A DNA stretch of 64,000 bases, taken from the NCBI GenBank assembly GCA_032718475.1, contig JAUCBJ010006628.1, forward strand, positions 1-64,000. The letters are read 5' to 3'. This DNA comes from Nemertoderma westbladi (lineage: Eukaryota; Animalia; Xenacoelomorpha). Below are positions 24,924 through 39,138 of this stretch, in pieces. Under the pieces are notes generated by a model, which saw only the letters and a list, made by a program, of their open reading frames with translations, was not told the origin of the DNA and did no database searches. Every line of letters starts with the position of its first letter. The first letter of the stretch is position 1. The translations under genes and the position numbers were made by a program.

Positions 24924-25301
24924 TTCAAGAAAAGCACCGCCATTAATCAGTGCACCGGAATCAAAACTGTAACTGACGTCTGATTTATTATTCTTTAATC
25001 GCAGTAAAGCCTCATGTATAATACGGGGCGATAAAAGTTCACTAAGGCCAGTACCATTGGGTTGGTTCACATTATTCACATTAGTGTTATTAATCTTTTT
25101 AATTTCGTCAGCCAGCTTGGATTCAACATCCGATAATTTCACATCACAAGAAATGTTCTGATTATATAAAACATTATAAATATTAGCAAAAATATCCGCA
25201 ATATCTGACGAATCAGATTTACCATTAATAAAACTCGATTGCACTCGCACATTCCCTCTAAATTTTTTGATTTCATCAAAAATACCAGTTGTACCATTTA
25301 A

Positions 25302-25993
25302 GGGGGGGGGGGGGGGGGGTACACCATTTTGGTCCAAAATATGTCGAAATTTTTTTTATGGTCTATTATAATGCACCATTGAATGGTGTGTCCAAATCTG
25401 AAAACCGCTATTTAATAGCTCTTTTAGTTTTCAAGTTATGTAAATTTCCATTTACGGAATCCTATTGAAATTACTATTACTATGTATAATGAAAGGTCGA
25501 TTATCTCCAAATATTTTTTTCATGAAATTGTCAACTTCAAAACCCTACTACTTCTACAATTTTTGAGTAATTAGTCTGAAACTTCCTGTGGGTGTCTAGA
25601 TAGCCACCCTGCATAAAAGTATCAGGCAACTTTTCGAAATTTTTTGTTAATAAAATTTAATACTATTTATAAAAAACCTAAAAATTTGCATAAATTTGCA
25701 GCGCCACCTATCGGTGCAGAATTATTTTAACAAAATTTCGCCTGATAGTTATGTTGCCCCATCTTTGATCTATCATATAAAAAAACTTTCATGTGATTAG
25801 ATTCAAAACTGTAAAAGCCTTAGGGTTTTAAGCGCAACCAAGTTTTTTTTGTTGTTAACTAGTATTAACTAATATTAAATAGCGAAAAAAAAATCTTAGG
25901 CACCTATATGCCAAATTTTAGCCAAAATCAAACAATTTTGAAACGCTGAGAGTGATAAATCGAAGAGTTGTCCGAAAATGGTGTACCCCCCCC
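25302..25993. mobile_element. Kolobok-like MITE (TTAA TSD, GG termini)
   Basis: TTAA at 25298-25301 and 25994-25997; TIR (G)nTACACCATTTT(G/C)G; removal restores the host frame QACL-NGTTG. Confidence 0.8.
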
Positions 25994-26499
25994 TTAAACA
26001 GGCCTGCAAAATTTTATTACGTTTAATGTTACCCTGGGCTTTTTTTAACCTGCGTATAGCATATTGATATTGGGCACGAGTAGTACGGCTTTTATGAAAG
26101 AGATAACTATTAGCACCAGTTGGTTTCCCCGCAGCACTCCAAACATCATGCCAAAACATAGCATCTATTTTAAAATCTCTCACATGTTCGTTCCAACCGG
26201 GCAATGTTTGAAATCGCTTGCGGTTTATAACGCCTCCAGTATGTGGCAAAATCTCAGCTGCATTCTCAATAGCCTCCAATAGCTGCATTGTGTATTTTTC
26301 AATAAACAAACGATGTTCAGGTTTAGAACATAAAAGATTATTGCAATTATGACAATCAGTCTCTAAAGAAACATTTATCAGCAAATCATTCATGTGACCC
26401 ATTTCGGCCCATAATTTATTTTCACATGGTGTTATCCTTGGCTTAGTGGCAGAAGAAAATTTACTTTTTTTTTTTTTACTTTTTTTTATAACAAGATAA

Positions 26500-29400
26500 G
26501 AATCGCCTAGAATTTAGTTATGAGGATATGATAGAATGCAATACCGACCTATACCGAGCTATAACAAGATACAAATTGAGTTGTTTGAGTCAGGGATATG
26601 AATCGTTTTCTCGAGAACCAGCAATATGTTGTAGTATGGCGATTTCTAGTAAAGAGCAGGTAATGGTTAAGTTCTTTAGTTACAGCGCTTTGGTTTTGGA
26701 AATGACATACTGGAAGCCTATTAGTGCCGGACATAATCCAGGTAGTACGCAGCATTCTTCAACGCGGGCATATTATTACTGTGGCACTCTAATGGGGTGC
26801 TCTAATGTGGCTCGCTAATGCGGTATGGTAGGCTTAATTGTTATATTACTGGGCAAAATGTTTGGCTATTTGTTGTTATGTTTTAGATAGGCGCTTTATT
26901 CTTGATTGTTTTCTATTTCTAAATCAACGCTTGCTTGGATTTTAGTTAGGGCAAAATAATACAGTATTCAGGCTAACTCTCTATTGTTGCCCAGTAGTGT
27001 AACTAGTTAATGTTACAATTCTGGAACATAACTAATTTTGATACTTAGGGATCCTGTATATTTAAATAAATGTAGGTCCGTACAAATATCTAGGTTGAAT
27101 AAAATTATTGGCAGCATAGCGGAGAGCAGTTTAGCCTGTTCACATTTGGGAAACTTTTAAACTGATCTATGCTAGGTTGTTATCTAAAAAGGGTTGGGTT
27201 TGCCAGTTCTACATTACAGTTCTACTAAAGTGTCACAGGCATTAAAATTGCTGATTACAGTCAGCACCAGTCACTCTGAGCGGTACCTTGCTCTAAGGCT
27301 GATTTACATGTCCAATTGCAATATATTAAATTTCCTCCCAAATTGATGGCATTAAAGTTCAAGGACATCCTGACGGATTAAGACAAGCCTGGGATACACT
27401 CAACATCAGGTATGGTAATAGGACTAACATAACTAGATACTTGTATGCAAAACTGGTAGCGCCCAGGAAATTCCCTAGCAATGGAATCAAAGAGTTTTCC
27501 GATGCGGTTCATGAGATATGTAGACAGTTAGACTGGTTAGGTATTATTATTATTATTATAGACCAGATCAATATTACCATCAGCACTCCATTATTATATT
27601 ATTAATAAGTCTACATAAATACAATTGATCAATAAGTAAGTAAATTATATATGGTCAAATAAACACTGGGTAAGTCCTAATTGTTATAAACAGTATGTCA
27701 AATAAATATAAGGTTAATATAAACAAAATATCGGTCATTCGGTCACTAATAAATAGTCAATATAAAGCCAAATTAGGTTGTATTAATATATGGTCAAATA
27801 ATCAACATTCAATATACAATATTATGTAATTACGGTTAACCATTATGTCAAACAAATATAAGGTATTTGGTTACTAATAAATTGCCAATATAAAGTCAAA
27901 TTCGGAAGTATTAAATATGGTCAGATAATTAAATAGTTAATATACAATGTTATGTAATTACGGTTAATTAAGTACTGCAAGTCAATAAACCACTGTCGTA
28001 AATTAAATGCTGTCAGTAAAACTCACGAGTACCAAAGTTCTATGGTAGTGGGAACTGTAGTGGCAGCTTTGCCAAAGGGCGGAGTAGGTACTCGTTGGGA
28101 CAAAAACTTTCTATACTTTGAGGACCAGTAAAGGAGAGATCCTACAATGGCGGACCTTATGTCTTTCCCCTAACAGGAGAGGTAAGACTACAGTTAATTA
28201 AACAGTCTAGAGAGAAGACTCCTGAAACTAAGGTAAGCGAGAAACCAGAAGCTAGGAGAAAGGTAACTCCTGTATGTTACACCGAGTATGAGAGTCAAAC
28301 CTCATACGATGAGGACAGCAGACCAGACACTGCCAACGTCTATTACACCAATAAAGGTAAGGACATGGGAAAACCCAAGGTTTGGCATAATGACATCAAA
28401 GGAGAGCAACTTAAGACTCCTCCGACATCACCTTAGAGGATTCCTAGTAAGAAGCCCGAAGAAAGAACTCGTGTGCCGAACACAAACTCATCATGTGTCA
28501 TGCAAAGAGTGCCATCATTTAAGTAAGTGTGAGGAATTCTTGAGAACCCAAGGACAGGCGTAGTATAACTTGGGATAAGAGGTTATGTTATGATTGTCTT
28601 AGGAGAGGACATCAGAGGAAGATTTGCTATTCAGACACTAGGTGTGCTAAGTGTGGAGCTAAACATCACTCGTTATTACATAGCAAGTTTAATAAGGTGA
28701 GTGAACCAGAGTTGCCCATTCAGTTCAGCGACGTGAATGAAACAAACCAGAGTTTGGAGATGGAAGGATTCTATATAGACAAGTTTTCTGATGAAAACGA
28801 ATTCTGCTATATGATCAACACAACCGTTTATCAAGCCCTTACTCATGAGGCGAAATCCGACTGAGAGGAAATCCAACAATCCATTCTGGATAAACATCTC
28901 TCGTCCACTCTTGGGATGATCCACTTAAAGGAGAACTGCTGTTAAAGAAGTGGATGAAGTGGGAAGGCTCTTTAACAGCTATTGAGAACTTTAAGATATC
29001 CAGCTCATATATCAGTCACATTCTCCCTACTTATTCATATCAACTCCGTATTTTTGGAGATGCCAGCGCGCGATATTGGAATAGGTATAGTAGCCTATTT
29101 GAGTGTCTAAATTCCTGAAGGAATTAAAGTTTCATTGACTGCCTCAAAGGCTTTGATAAACAACAAACTATGGGTCCCTAGAGTGGAGTTAAAAGCGGCA
29201 ATATACGCTACCGCCATCGGCAGGAATATTACTGAACAGGTAGAATATCAGTTGGATAAAACTGTTTATTGGACAGATGCATTACTCATTCTAGAATATC
29301 TTACTAATGAGGTCTGCCAGTTCAGCGTCTTTGTCACTAACCGAGTAGCTGTTATACTTAGTCGCACTAATGTAGACCAATGGAGACATTGCCCTAGAAT

Positions 29401-31400
29401 TAATCCAGCCGACATCGCTACACCTAAAGAACTGACAGATACTCCCGATTGGTTATGTGGCCCTGACTTCCTAAGTAAAGAGGAGGAGGAATGCCCCCCC
29501 CCCCCTATCTTATAATGGCTGAGATGACAAAAGCCAAGGGAGTGGAGACTGTTAAACCAAAAACTCAAACTAATCCAAACTGTTGAAACCGACGATAGAT
29601 CTATCGGTACTAGAGACAGACGGCCAATGACGCTAATCAGGATCCTAATGAGAAAAGATCCTAAGCATTCCCAGGTAAGGCGTTTGTTTATATACGAGAG
29701 CGAGATTGGAAGACTGGTATACCTGATGTCTCTGAAGGACTCTCTCCTATCATTCAGAGAGTGATGGTGTATTATAGTTCTTGGAATAGGCTTTGTAAAG
29801 CCATAACCTATTTTAAATGGTGTTTTCATCACCACTATTCCAAGTCAAAGACAACTGATTATGCCATCCCTGGTGTAGTTGATGAGGTCAATGCCATTAA
29901 AAACCTTCCCACTTATCGGCTACCTACCAAGTTTTTACTAATAAGATTACTTACCAGGAGCATGATGATACCAACAAGCAACTGATGAGACTTCTATAAT
30001 GTCATAAGGATCCTGAGAAGTGTTTCCTGTTGTTGAGAAAGCCACAGATGCGCTCAAAGGATTCCTTTTCTAGCATGATGTTTGATGGGTTAATATGTAT
30101 TGAAGGGAGATTAACCTACGCAGCCCTCTCTTTGGACACCAAGTTTCCCATACTAGTTAGAAATCTTGAGATACAAATCAAGATGATTGTAGATGCACAC
30201 AGTAGGCTTTATAATGCTGGTAGGGAACGAGTTCTTAGCGAAATTAGAACCGACCCCCGCTATTATTTTAATAAGCCGCAAAGAGTGCTGAATCAAGTTC
30301 TTAGGAACTGTATACCATGTAGGAAAGCACTTAGTAGGCCTTTTACCCAGCGAGAGGCAGAATTACCTAGGGAAAGAGTAAGCTGTTATGAACCACCATT
30401 TACTAATACCGGTGTGGATTTATTTGGCCCTATTGAGGTGTATCGCGCTAGAACTATAGTCAAGCGATGGTGTGTTATATTTGTCTGTATGACTTGTAGA
30501 GCGATTCATCTGGACATGGTGAATGATTTATCTACCAATAGTTTCATACCCAGTTTGCACCAATAAATCGCGCGTTTTGGGACTAGCAACACTATGTGAT
30601 CAGATAAAGGTACAAACTTCATTGGAGCCAACAGTGAGATTAAAGCTTATGTCAATGACTGGAACCAAAGACAGGTGATCAGCTGAAAGTGACAGCATCC
30701 AGCTGGACCTACAATGCCGCCAATGCTCCTTGGTAGGGAGGAAGTTGGGAGAGACTTATATGCAGTGTCAAGCCGCATTTCACTTTGTATTGCCGTTCCG
30801 CGCGTATCTCGATGATGAACTACTGCAAACACTGGTGGAAGAAATCGCTGCCTACCTGAATGAGAGGCAGCTTATGCCAGTCTCCTCATGTCCAGATTCC
30901 CTAGTTAACACCTGCGCATTTTCTACTCAAGAAGCCAGTGGCCATGCTTCCCACTTCGGTTATTAAAGACAGGGACGAATATTGCAAACAAACTTGGCAA
31001 CTTATGCAGTTGTTATCCCGCTGGTTTGCTGATCACTTCGAGAAATACTATCTTCCGACGCTGCAACTCAAAACTAAATGGTTTGCGCAGCAAGAAAATA
31101 TTAGCTCCAGAGACATGGTTCTAATAGTCAATTTGGATCTTTCCCGCAAGAGGTGGCAGATAGGTTGTATCATCGAGACCCATATATTCGACGATGTTTA
31201 TGAGGTGAAACCATAAAAAGAAGGGAATAGTTTTTGAGATGCAACAGCTCAATCGCCCAGTTGGGTGTCTGTGTCTATTAGAGTGAGACCGAGAGTTGTC
31301 CGGTAACTACAATAAACAGGAAACTCTACTGACAACTACCTCCAAGATCCAACTCATTATTCATGGGAGTGGGTGTATGACGACTTTTATTTCTTTTATT
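26500..31400 (+). mobile_element. Decayed BEL/Pao LTR retrotransposon (leader, gag, RNase H, integrase; RT apparently deleted)
   Basis: Triple zinc knuckle (CKECHHLSKC, LCYDCLRRGHQRKIC, CAKCGAKHHSLLH) at about 28490-28680; IFGDAS, PRVELKAA, WTD, FVTNRV and NPAD at 29040-29500; integrase PFTNTGVDLFGP, CMTCRAIHL and SDKGTNF at 30030-31216; leader resembles 60900-61260. Confidence 0.88.
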
Positions 31401-32789
31401 TGTCTTTATTTTATATTTATATATGTACGATTTATTATGCAATTTATATTATAATCATTTTATTTAATTTTAGTCAGTAGAATAATTTTTTAAACAATTA
31501 TTCAGTAAATTAGTGCAATACCTTACGTATTTTATATTAATTAGTGTTACAATACATATATTTTAGTTAACAACAGGAAAAAAGTTTCATTTTTTCACCC
31601 TTCCTTACTGTCCGTATATTATTATAAATATATGATTACAGTAAGATGAAGTACTTATTAAAGTATAATTTACCTTGGTTCTACTGTACTTTAGGTATAA
31701 TTGGTAAAAGTAGAGTATTAGGAATGCAAAGTTCAGATCCTCATGTCTCGGCTAAACCAAGCTCTGGGTAGACCTTGGAAACGACTTGCCTCTTCTTACT
31801 GACATTGCTTCTTGTGATATTGCTCTCATACCGTAGTCCTAAAATAATATGTATAGTAGGAGATGTCAATTTAACAGTAAATCTGCTAAAGTAAATCTGT
31901 TAAACCCTGTGACCATCTGAAATTATAGTCGATTAATATATCGTGGCACCCACCAATATAATTAAAAGACAAAATTTCTAGAATCAGTGGTTAACGTCCC
32001 CAGACATGTTCTGGGATAAATTGGTGCTCATCTTAATGTAAAATAATCATGGGAATAAATTTTAAATTCATATCCTCTAATGAATTAAATAAAATTGTCA
32101 ACTTAAGACAATTATCAAAATATTCCCTATAATTAATCAATTAATAGATCACGGGAGCAGAGATTCACCCTATTACAAAAGTTGGAGAGAGCGCATTTAA
32201 ATAGCCGACAAAATTAATAAACATCATATATAAAGGGAATAATAATAACCCTAGAGTCGCTAATTAGCATCCCAGATCTGCATGCATGAGAAATACCCTA
32301 ATCTCTACTGCTAGCTTTACATAATGTCACCTTAGCAACAACAACTCCAGAAGTAAATACAGTAAGAGAACAATAGAAAGCTTGCCTCATTGAATAGAAT
32401 GCATAGTGTATAGTATCCAAGGATACTCAACAACAACGTGACATTCTGGAAGGCATTTGACTAACGGACAAATCGCCCCAAATTGTGCAAATTGTGATAT
32501 GAATATGGAATTTGTGTATTTATAGGTGAATGTTGCTACTAAAGTGTGTTTACAGTAGCGAGCCACGAGTGATAATTATCTCTAGTATATTGGAGCCCTT
32601 GGGATGGACAGTGGAGTGACTCACACTGGTTATTGTTGTCGTTGTGTAGCTACTACATTGGCAAGAGGCACATCGACAACAGTACATCAGCAGCGCTGAG
32701 GATCTCAGGCTGTCCGGGTGCTGGTTCGGAGGCTGATATAGGCAGCGACGCCCACTAGCCTTTATTATTATCGATAAACTCCCACATAT

Positions 32790-35149
32790 ACAATGACTGA
32801 ATTGATAGAGGAAGACATTAGTATTAAGGAGAAATATACACTACCTCTATAAGCGTTTCGCAATAGTTTGTTGAGCGGTAATGATAGTCAATCTCGATAG
32901 CCGATGATAGATGTTACATCGAACCACTGATGACCGAGGAACAGCTTAAGCATGAATTGGATTATAGAAAATTCACCTCACGCTATACGCATCAAAATGG
33001 TACGTATATGGATTTCCTAACTACTGGTCATCCTATCTATTTACATGATACTGATGATTTGGATATGGAAACAGAGTTGATTCTATTCAAATTTCATGCA
33101 CAATAGAGTCGGAATGACAAGCTGCAGATCAAACATGAAAAATCTATTAGAAATCATCTCGAAAGAGAAATTGAAGAACTGAAAAGGGATATTGAATTTG
33201 GACATACGGAGCTGCTACAAGAGTTTTCGGGCAACCGGTTTCAGAGGCAGGAAGAGAGGAATCAGCTAGAGGAGAAACATATCATAATAAGGAAAGTCAT
33301 AAATGTATACAGTTTTCCCCAGGGTGCGGGTGCTCGAGGGCGGTCTCCTTTGGGAGGTTGTAACTTCCTCTTACATCATCCTCTTCCTCCAATCATTGTG
33401 ACCATAGTCTCTGTAACGTTGTAGGAATGAGTAATGTGGCGAAAGGAAAAGATCCATCCGCTATAGTATCTTATTGATACTACCCTTCCATCGCCTTCTT
33501 CCATCATCCTCTCTCTCTCTGCCCAATGCAACCGGAAAAGGCGGAGCATTAAAAGAGAGAAAGAACCATCCATCACAGTATCTTTGAAACTGCCATGTCA
33601 TATCCTTTTCCCTCTTCCATCTTCTCTACCCAGCGCACTTGGAGCTTCTGTAGAGAAATATCAACCAATCATAGCACTATTGTGGTGCTAGCACATCCTC
33701 TTCCATAAACCTCCCCACTCCCTTACTGTTTATCTGGATGCTTATATTGGCGTCCTTGAATTCCACCTAATTTATCACAGTAGTTGATATATCACATAGT
33801 TTATATTTTTCAGTATCACATCCTTGTCCTCCTTCCGTTGATTGGATAATAAACTTCCTCATAATAACCTTCAAACTTCCTCATGGTCTGGCCATTGCCC
33901 AAGGACTGGATGTATGTAATAATCTTCTGTATAGCAACTAAAGCGAGCGTGTCCTTGGGCTGGTTGTTCCCACCCCCTTATCCTGGAACTAAACTCACTA
34001 AATTAGATGAATATACGAATTCATCCGATTTGAATGTTTCAGGTGCTTTCTGACTCCATTTCGGAACATTGATAGTCAGTTAAAAGATCGTGCACTGACC
34101 AAACTCAGCCTGCTCCACCGCTGAGAAATTAGATAGTGCTGGATTCGCTATCTTTAAAGATGTATACATACAAAATATGCATTCCACTGTTCTACAGAGA
34201 CCCAAAATCCCAACCCAAAATCGGGATATTTGGTTATGGAAATCCAAACTGTACATCCTTCAAGAAGAATGACTACATCTATAGAAATCCTCCAGACCGA
34301 AGAGGAACTTGTCTGTTAGGAGGCAGATGAATTCCAACCAATGACCCGTCGGAGTAATGAAGATGATAACACGCTGGAGTAATATCAGGGACCTCAATGT
34401 CTTACCGCCTACGGGTACAGACACGCCAACTACATTTCTTGGAAGCACTGCCGATTATATGCCTCTCATGATCACACTACTCCATTGGGCTCTGACAAAC
34501 GTTGTTCATATTTCAACGACCAACCTCTACTGGAGATATATTGTGCTTATTGTCGCATTAATAATAATCATATCTTGGCTGTCTACCCACAGTTTATGAC
34601 ACAATGTCATTACTGCCAACTAAAGGGACACACTAGTTGGGATTGCCCTTTTAGCCCAGACATAGAAAGCGTAGATGAGTTAATTGTATTTCGTTCGATA
34701 CATACGAGCTTGGGAAGCTAGCGCAGATCTTCACTGCGAGTCGCGTCATCGTTATTATCCAGGATGCGCCTATGAGGGAATGTATGCATTTCACCCCTAT
34801 CTTTTTCCCCAAATCGAACAGAAAACTCGTATTCCCAGTTATGAATTAATTGTTGGTGAGTGCAACTAACGTTGGTGAGTGTATTTCCACCAAATATGTC
34901 AGAAAATATTTGAGAAATATTAACCCAAATAATCTTGACTCTTACAACTTGATCAGTTTCATTAGCCGAGATCTGGAATACAGTGAGACATTTACAAATG
35001 CGCACCCTGAATTGCAAGAAGTCCACCGACGTTCCTATGAGTACAATGAAAGGGAACGGGAACGGGAACGGCAGTCGTGCAAACATCTAAAGCAGGACCA
35101 GTACAAGCTGCTGTCCTGAGACGGGCCTTGAAGGTTGTGCGCCCTAGAC
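32790..35149 (+). pseudogene. Unclassified decayed coding relic with a coiled coil and paired CCHC zinc finger; continues at about 39862-40050
   Basis: Broken frames: HEKSIRNHLEREIEELKRDIE near 33130-33200 and YCAYCRINNNHILAVYP..CHYCQLKGHTSWDCP near 34535-34650; many stops and frameshifts. Confidence 0.4.
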
Positions 35150-35724
35150 CCCTTCAGTAGTGTGGGCCTTATTTGACTTTTTTCGAATTCCGACTTCTAA
35201 TAGTGAAAAAAAGTTGTGGACCAATGAAATAAGACTCTAGTACAAAAAAAATTAAAAAAAAATTTCATCTTTAGGTTCCCCCAGCTCCTTCAAATTTCAA
35301 AAATTTCCAAAATTTCGAAAAAAATCACAATGTTAAAAAATTAAATTTTCCGACTTCTAATAGTGAAAAAAAGTTGTGGACCAATGAAATAAGACTCTAG
35401 TACAAAAGAAATTAAAAAAAAAATGTCTTCTTTAGGTTCCCCCAGCTCCTTCAAATTCCAAAATTTCGAAAAAATTCACAATGTTAAATAATTAAATTGT
35501 ATTTCTTGTAATACTGTAATAGCTGTTAAAAGTGCTGCTGAAACACAAAATAAATTGTAACAATAAATTTGGACAATCAGTGAGTGTCTATGAGCTTCCC
35601 ACAATGCTGTCAATGTTTAGCAAAATGTCAATTATTTCATAGATTAAAATCTATTTAGTTTAGCTAGGAAGCGATTGAGTTATCTGTTTAATTGTAGTGC
35701 AGGATCTTGATGACCATTCATCCT

Positions 35725-38106
35725 TTATAACACCTTAAAGTCAGATTTCTTGTTGAATTCTTTCATTGTTGCTCTCGCAACGTTTCTGGACCGGATAAAT
35801 CGGTCTCGCTCCTGGGGACCACAAACAGATGAAGAAGCTTCTGTGATGTGTTTCACACAGCGCTCAACCGCTTGTGTATGATATGGAAGTGATGAGAACT
35901 TCTCCTTTGTAATGATATGGAGTTCTGATTCTGGAATATCTATGGTGAGAGGCGGGCGGCTCTGTCCGAAATTCGTTGCCCAAACTTGTCCAATGAACAA
36001 TTTCCGTGTAGTCCATTGCCGCAAAGTTGACTGGTGGAACAATAAACTCACGAATCCCAGATTTATGAGACACTTGTACTCTTCGAGCTTTGAGAATGCG
36101 ATGGACAGCCAGTTCTTTAATATGAATTCGTTCATCGACAAGCATTGAAACTAATACATTTTCTGGATGACAGAAGTAGGCATTGCGTTGGACAGTAGCG
36201 TGAATCACATTCTTATAGTCTGTAGGAAGATAGGCTGAGTGTTGTATGATATTAAATATGTGCTTTGGTCCATCCAGAATCGAATTATTTGTCTTTATAT
36301 GAAACCAGGTTGTTGCATAAACATTTATTACAAATGTTGCTAAGACAGAAAGGTTCTCATCTGTATTGATAGTAGTAGAAACATACATTACGTATGTATT
36401 TCATATACATACGTATTCTATTGGCAGTGGTGACTGGTGAGCCACCTGGAGTGAACTACAGTAGTTTGCCTGGATTAGATTCAGACAATGCAGCAGATAC
36501 TTGACCAGATAAAACAGATTTGCACATCTGCAAAAGGTATTTCTGATGAGAACTGAGATCCTTCGAATCAACCTCACTGAGTCTGTGTGAGATTAAACCA
36601 TTTTAATTTAAAGACCGAATTTATATCAAAAGTCTTAAAAATATTAACAAATGAGACAATTTGTTTACATTTAAACTTCACTTACTTTCTTTTATTTGTC
36701 TATAAATATTATTAATCAATATTAATAAAAAAAATCAGACATAATCCAGCCTATATGGTTTATTCTCACATTTGGAAGTCATTCTCATTGAACATTTCTA
36801 TTGGAATATAATTTACAACAGGTTTCAACTGGCAATCTGCAAGAGCCCGCCCGATTGGTCCACTATAACTCTTGGGTCCAGTTGTGGGACCATCTATAAA
36901 CTCAAATAAATGCCGTAGCAACAGCTCATTGCCATGCAGCAAACAAATTACCCATTGGAGAGGATGGTGTAGCCGCTCCTCGCAACACCGAATTGCTCCG
37001 TGAATGCGACCGGTGTTTACCGCAGTGCCATCGCACCCCAAAAGTTTCAAGTATTCCAGGCTAATATTTTCGCTGTTCAAGAATTCGATAATTGCATTAC
37101 AAGCGGATTGCCCAGTTTTGTCCTTTGGAGTAATATGGCCTAAATACTTGGAATGTGGTTCTTCAATCAAAGATATATGGTCCTCTTCAATCACCCTGCG
37201 TTTGCTGCCATCACTGACAAGAGTTTTATCATTTCTACCATCAAAATAGAGAGACCCCAGTGTGATGGAATCGGATTTCTGGTTCCAAGTTACAGATCTG
37301 CGAAAATGATCACTTTGAGTGCGAATTTTATTTCTAACAATAACGTTATCAGTTTGTCCTTTATGGATAATCCCATAGTCGCTCAAAACAGCAGATGAGA
37401 GTGCAGATGCAGCACGGCTAGAAATATTGTATCTGTCGCAAGCCATTGCAACATTAGGCAACTTAATCATTAAACGCTGCGGAGTTCCTCCTTCTGGAAA
37501 ATAATCGGAATCCTCATTAAAAGAGTCTGGATCATCATTATTTATTATTATTGGTAAATCAGTATAATTGCCTAGGCCAGAGCTTGAAGGTTTTAGATGT
37601 TGCCTTTCCATCTGAACCGATATACATAGCTCTATGAGAGCGTTGGTCAAGGATGAACTCGAGTTCTTTTACTGGAATTTTATGAATTTTTGGCACTTAC
37701 AGCTATTACCTGGATCTTTACATTTGCAGCTGCATATGTCAAAGAGACTCTCAGAATGTTTCTCAAAAACTGCAAGCTTTTCTCTATATGATGATTTCTC
37801 AAACGAATCTCTGTAATGTTTCATCAAGGTTTGATATTTCCCATAGTAGGATTTAATCAGCTGAACTACACGTGATACTGAAACAGTTGGTATGGATGCA
37901 GTTGCCCATATTGAAAGGACCTTATCGGCAACAGTTTGAGAACATTCACCAATTCCTGGGTCTTTAGAATTTCGCAGCAACTTAAGTTCATCTTTGACCA
38001 ATAAAAAGTATTTCATCACATTTTTGTGTGTCGGTAATACATTGGCTTTCAAATATTCAGGACGGCCGAATATGGGACGCTCAACAGTTATTGACCTCAA
38101 TTCCAT
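35725..38106 (-). pseudogene. hATm transposase pseudogene
   Basis: LFDICSCKC, EFILDQR, LYFDGRND, GCDGTAVNTG, ICLLHGNEL, YSGPIG, RNAYFCHPEN and HTQAVERCVK; probable intron at about 36769-36585; several frameshifts. Confidence 0.85.
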
Positions 38107-38150
38107 AATATTGATATCAAATTATAAATCACCATTAATTCACCAATAAG

Positions 38151-39138
38151 AGAATGTACTGTAAGAGCAGCAACATTCAATAGATCGGTAATCACCTGAG
38201 TGAATGTCCAATGTATGACAGTTGACTGGCCTAACTAAATTGCAAATTTATGCATTTTAAATTTCCCGCTATTACCGGTAATTACAATTTGAATTGTGTA
38301 TTTGTGTAGTAAATAGAATGTACTGTAAGAGCAGCAACATTCAATAGATCGGTAATCACCTGAGTGAATGTCCAATGTATGACAGTTGACTGGCCTAACT
38401 AAATTGCAAATTTATGCATTTTAAATTTCCCGCTATTACCGGTAATTACAATTTGAATTGTGTATTTGTGTAGTAAATAGAATGTACTGTAAGAGCAGCA
38501 ACATTCAATAGATCGGTAATCACCTGAGTGAATGTCCAATGTATGACAGTTGACTGGCCTAACTAAATTGCAAATTTATGCATTTTAAATTTCCCGCTAT
38601 TACCGGTAATTACAATTTGAATTGTGTATTTGTGTAGTAAATAGAATGTACTGTAAGAGCAGCAACATTCAATAGATCGGTGGTAATCACCTGAGTGAAT
38701 GTCCAATGTATGACAGTTGACTGGCCTAACTAAATTGCAAATTTATGCATTTTAAATTTCCCGCTATTACCGGTAATTACAATTTGAATTGTGTATTTGT
38801 GTAGTAAATAGAATGTACTGTAAGAGCAGCAATATTCAATAGATCGGTAATCACCTGAGTGAATGTCCAATGTATGACAGTTGACTGGCCTAACTAAATT
38901 GCAAATTTATGCATTTTAAATTTCCCGCTATTACCGGTAATTACAATTTGAATTGTGTATTTGTGTAGTAAATAGAATGTACTGTAAGACCAGCAACATT
39001 CAATAGATCGGTAATCACCTGAGTGAATGTCCAATGTATGACAGTTGACTGGCCTAACTAAATTGCAAATTTATGCATTTTAAATTTCCCGCTATTACCG
39101 GTAATTACAATTTGAATTGTGTATTTGTGTAGTAAATA
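38151..39138. repeat. 164-bp tandem repeat, 6 near-identical copies, inside the hATm element
   Basis: Unit starts (AGAATGTACTGTAAGA) at 38151, 38315, 38479, 38643, 38810 and 38974. Confidence 0.95.

Larger units (their letters stand above)
21600..26460 (-). mobile_element. 5'-truncated non-LTR retrotransposon (RT; RTE-X-like, clade tentative), split by three insertions
   Basis: PGWNEHV..FWHDVW, NYRAIA, LQFGFR, LDFTKAFD, GVRQGAVCSP, YADD and FYGSNTW in ORF pieces 26402-25994, 25301-24924, 23663-23480 and 23162-21839; 3' limit approximate. Confidence 0.85.
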
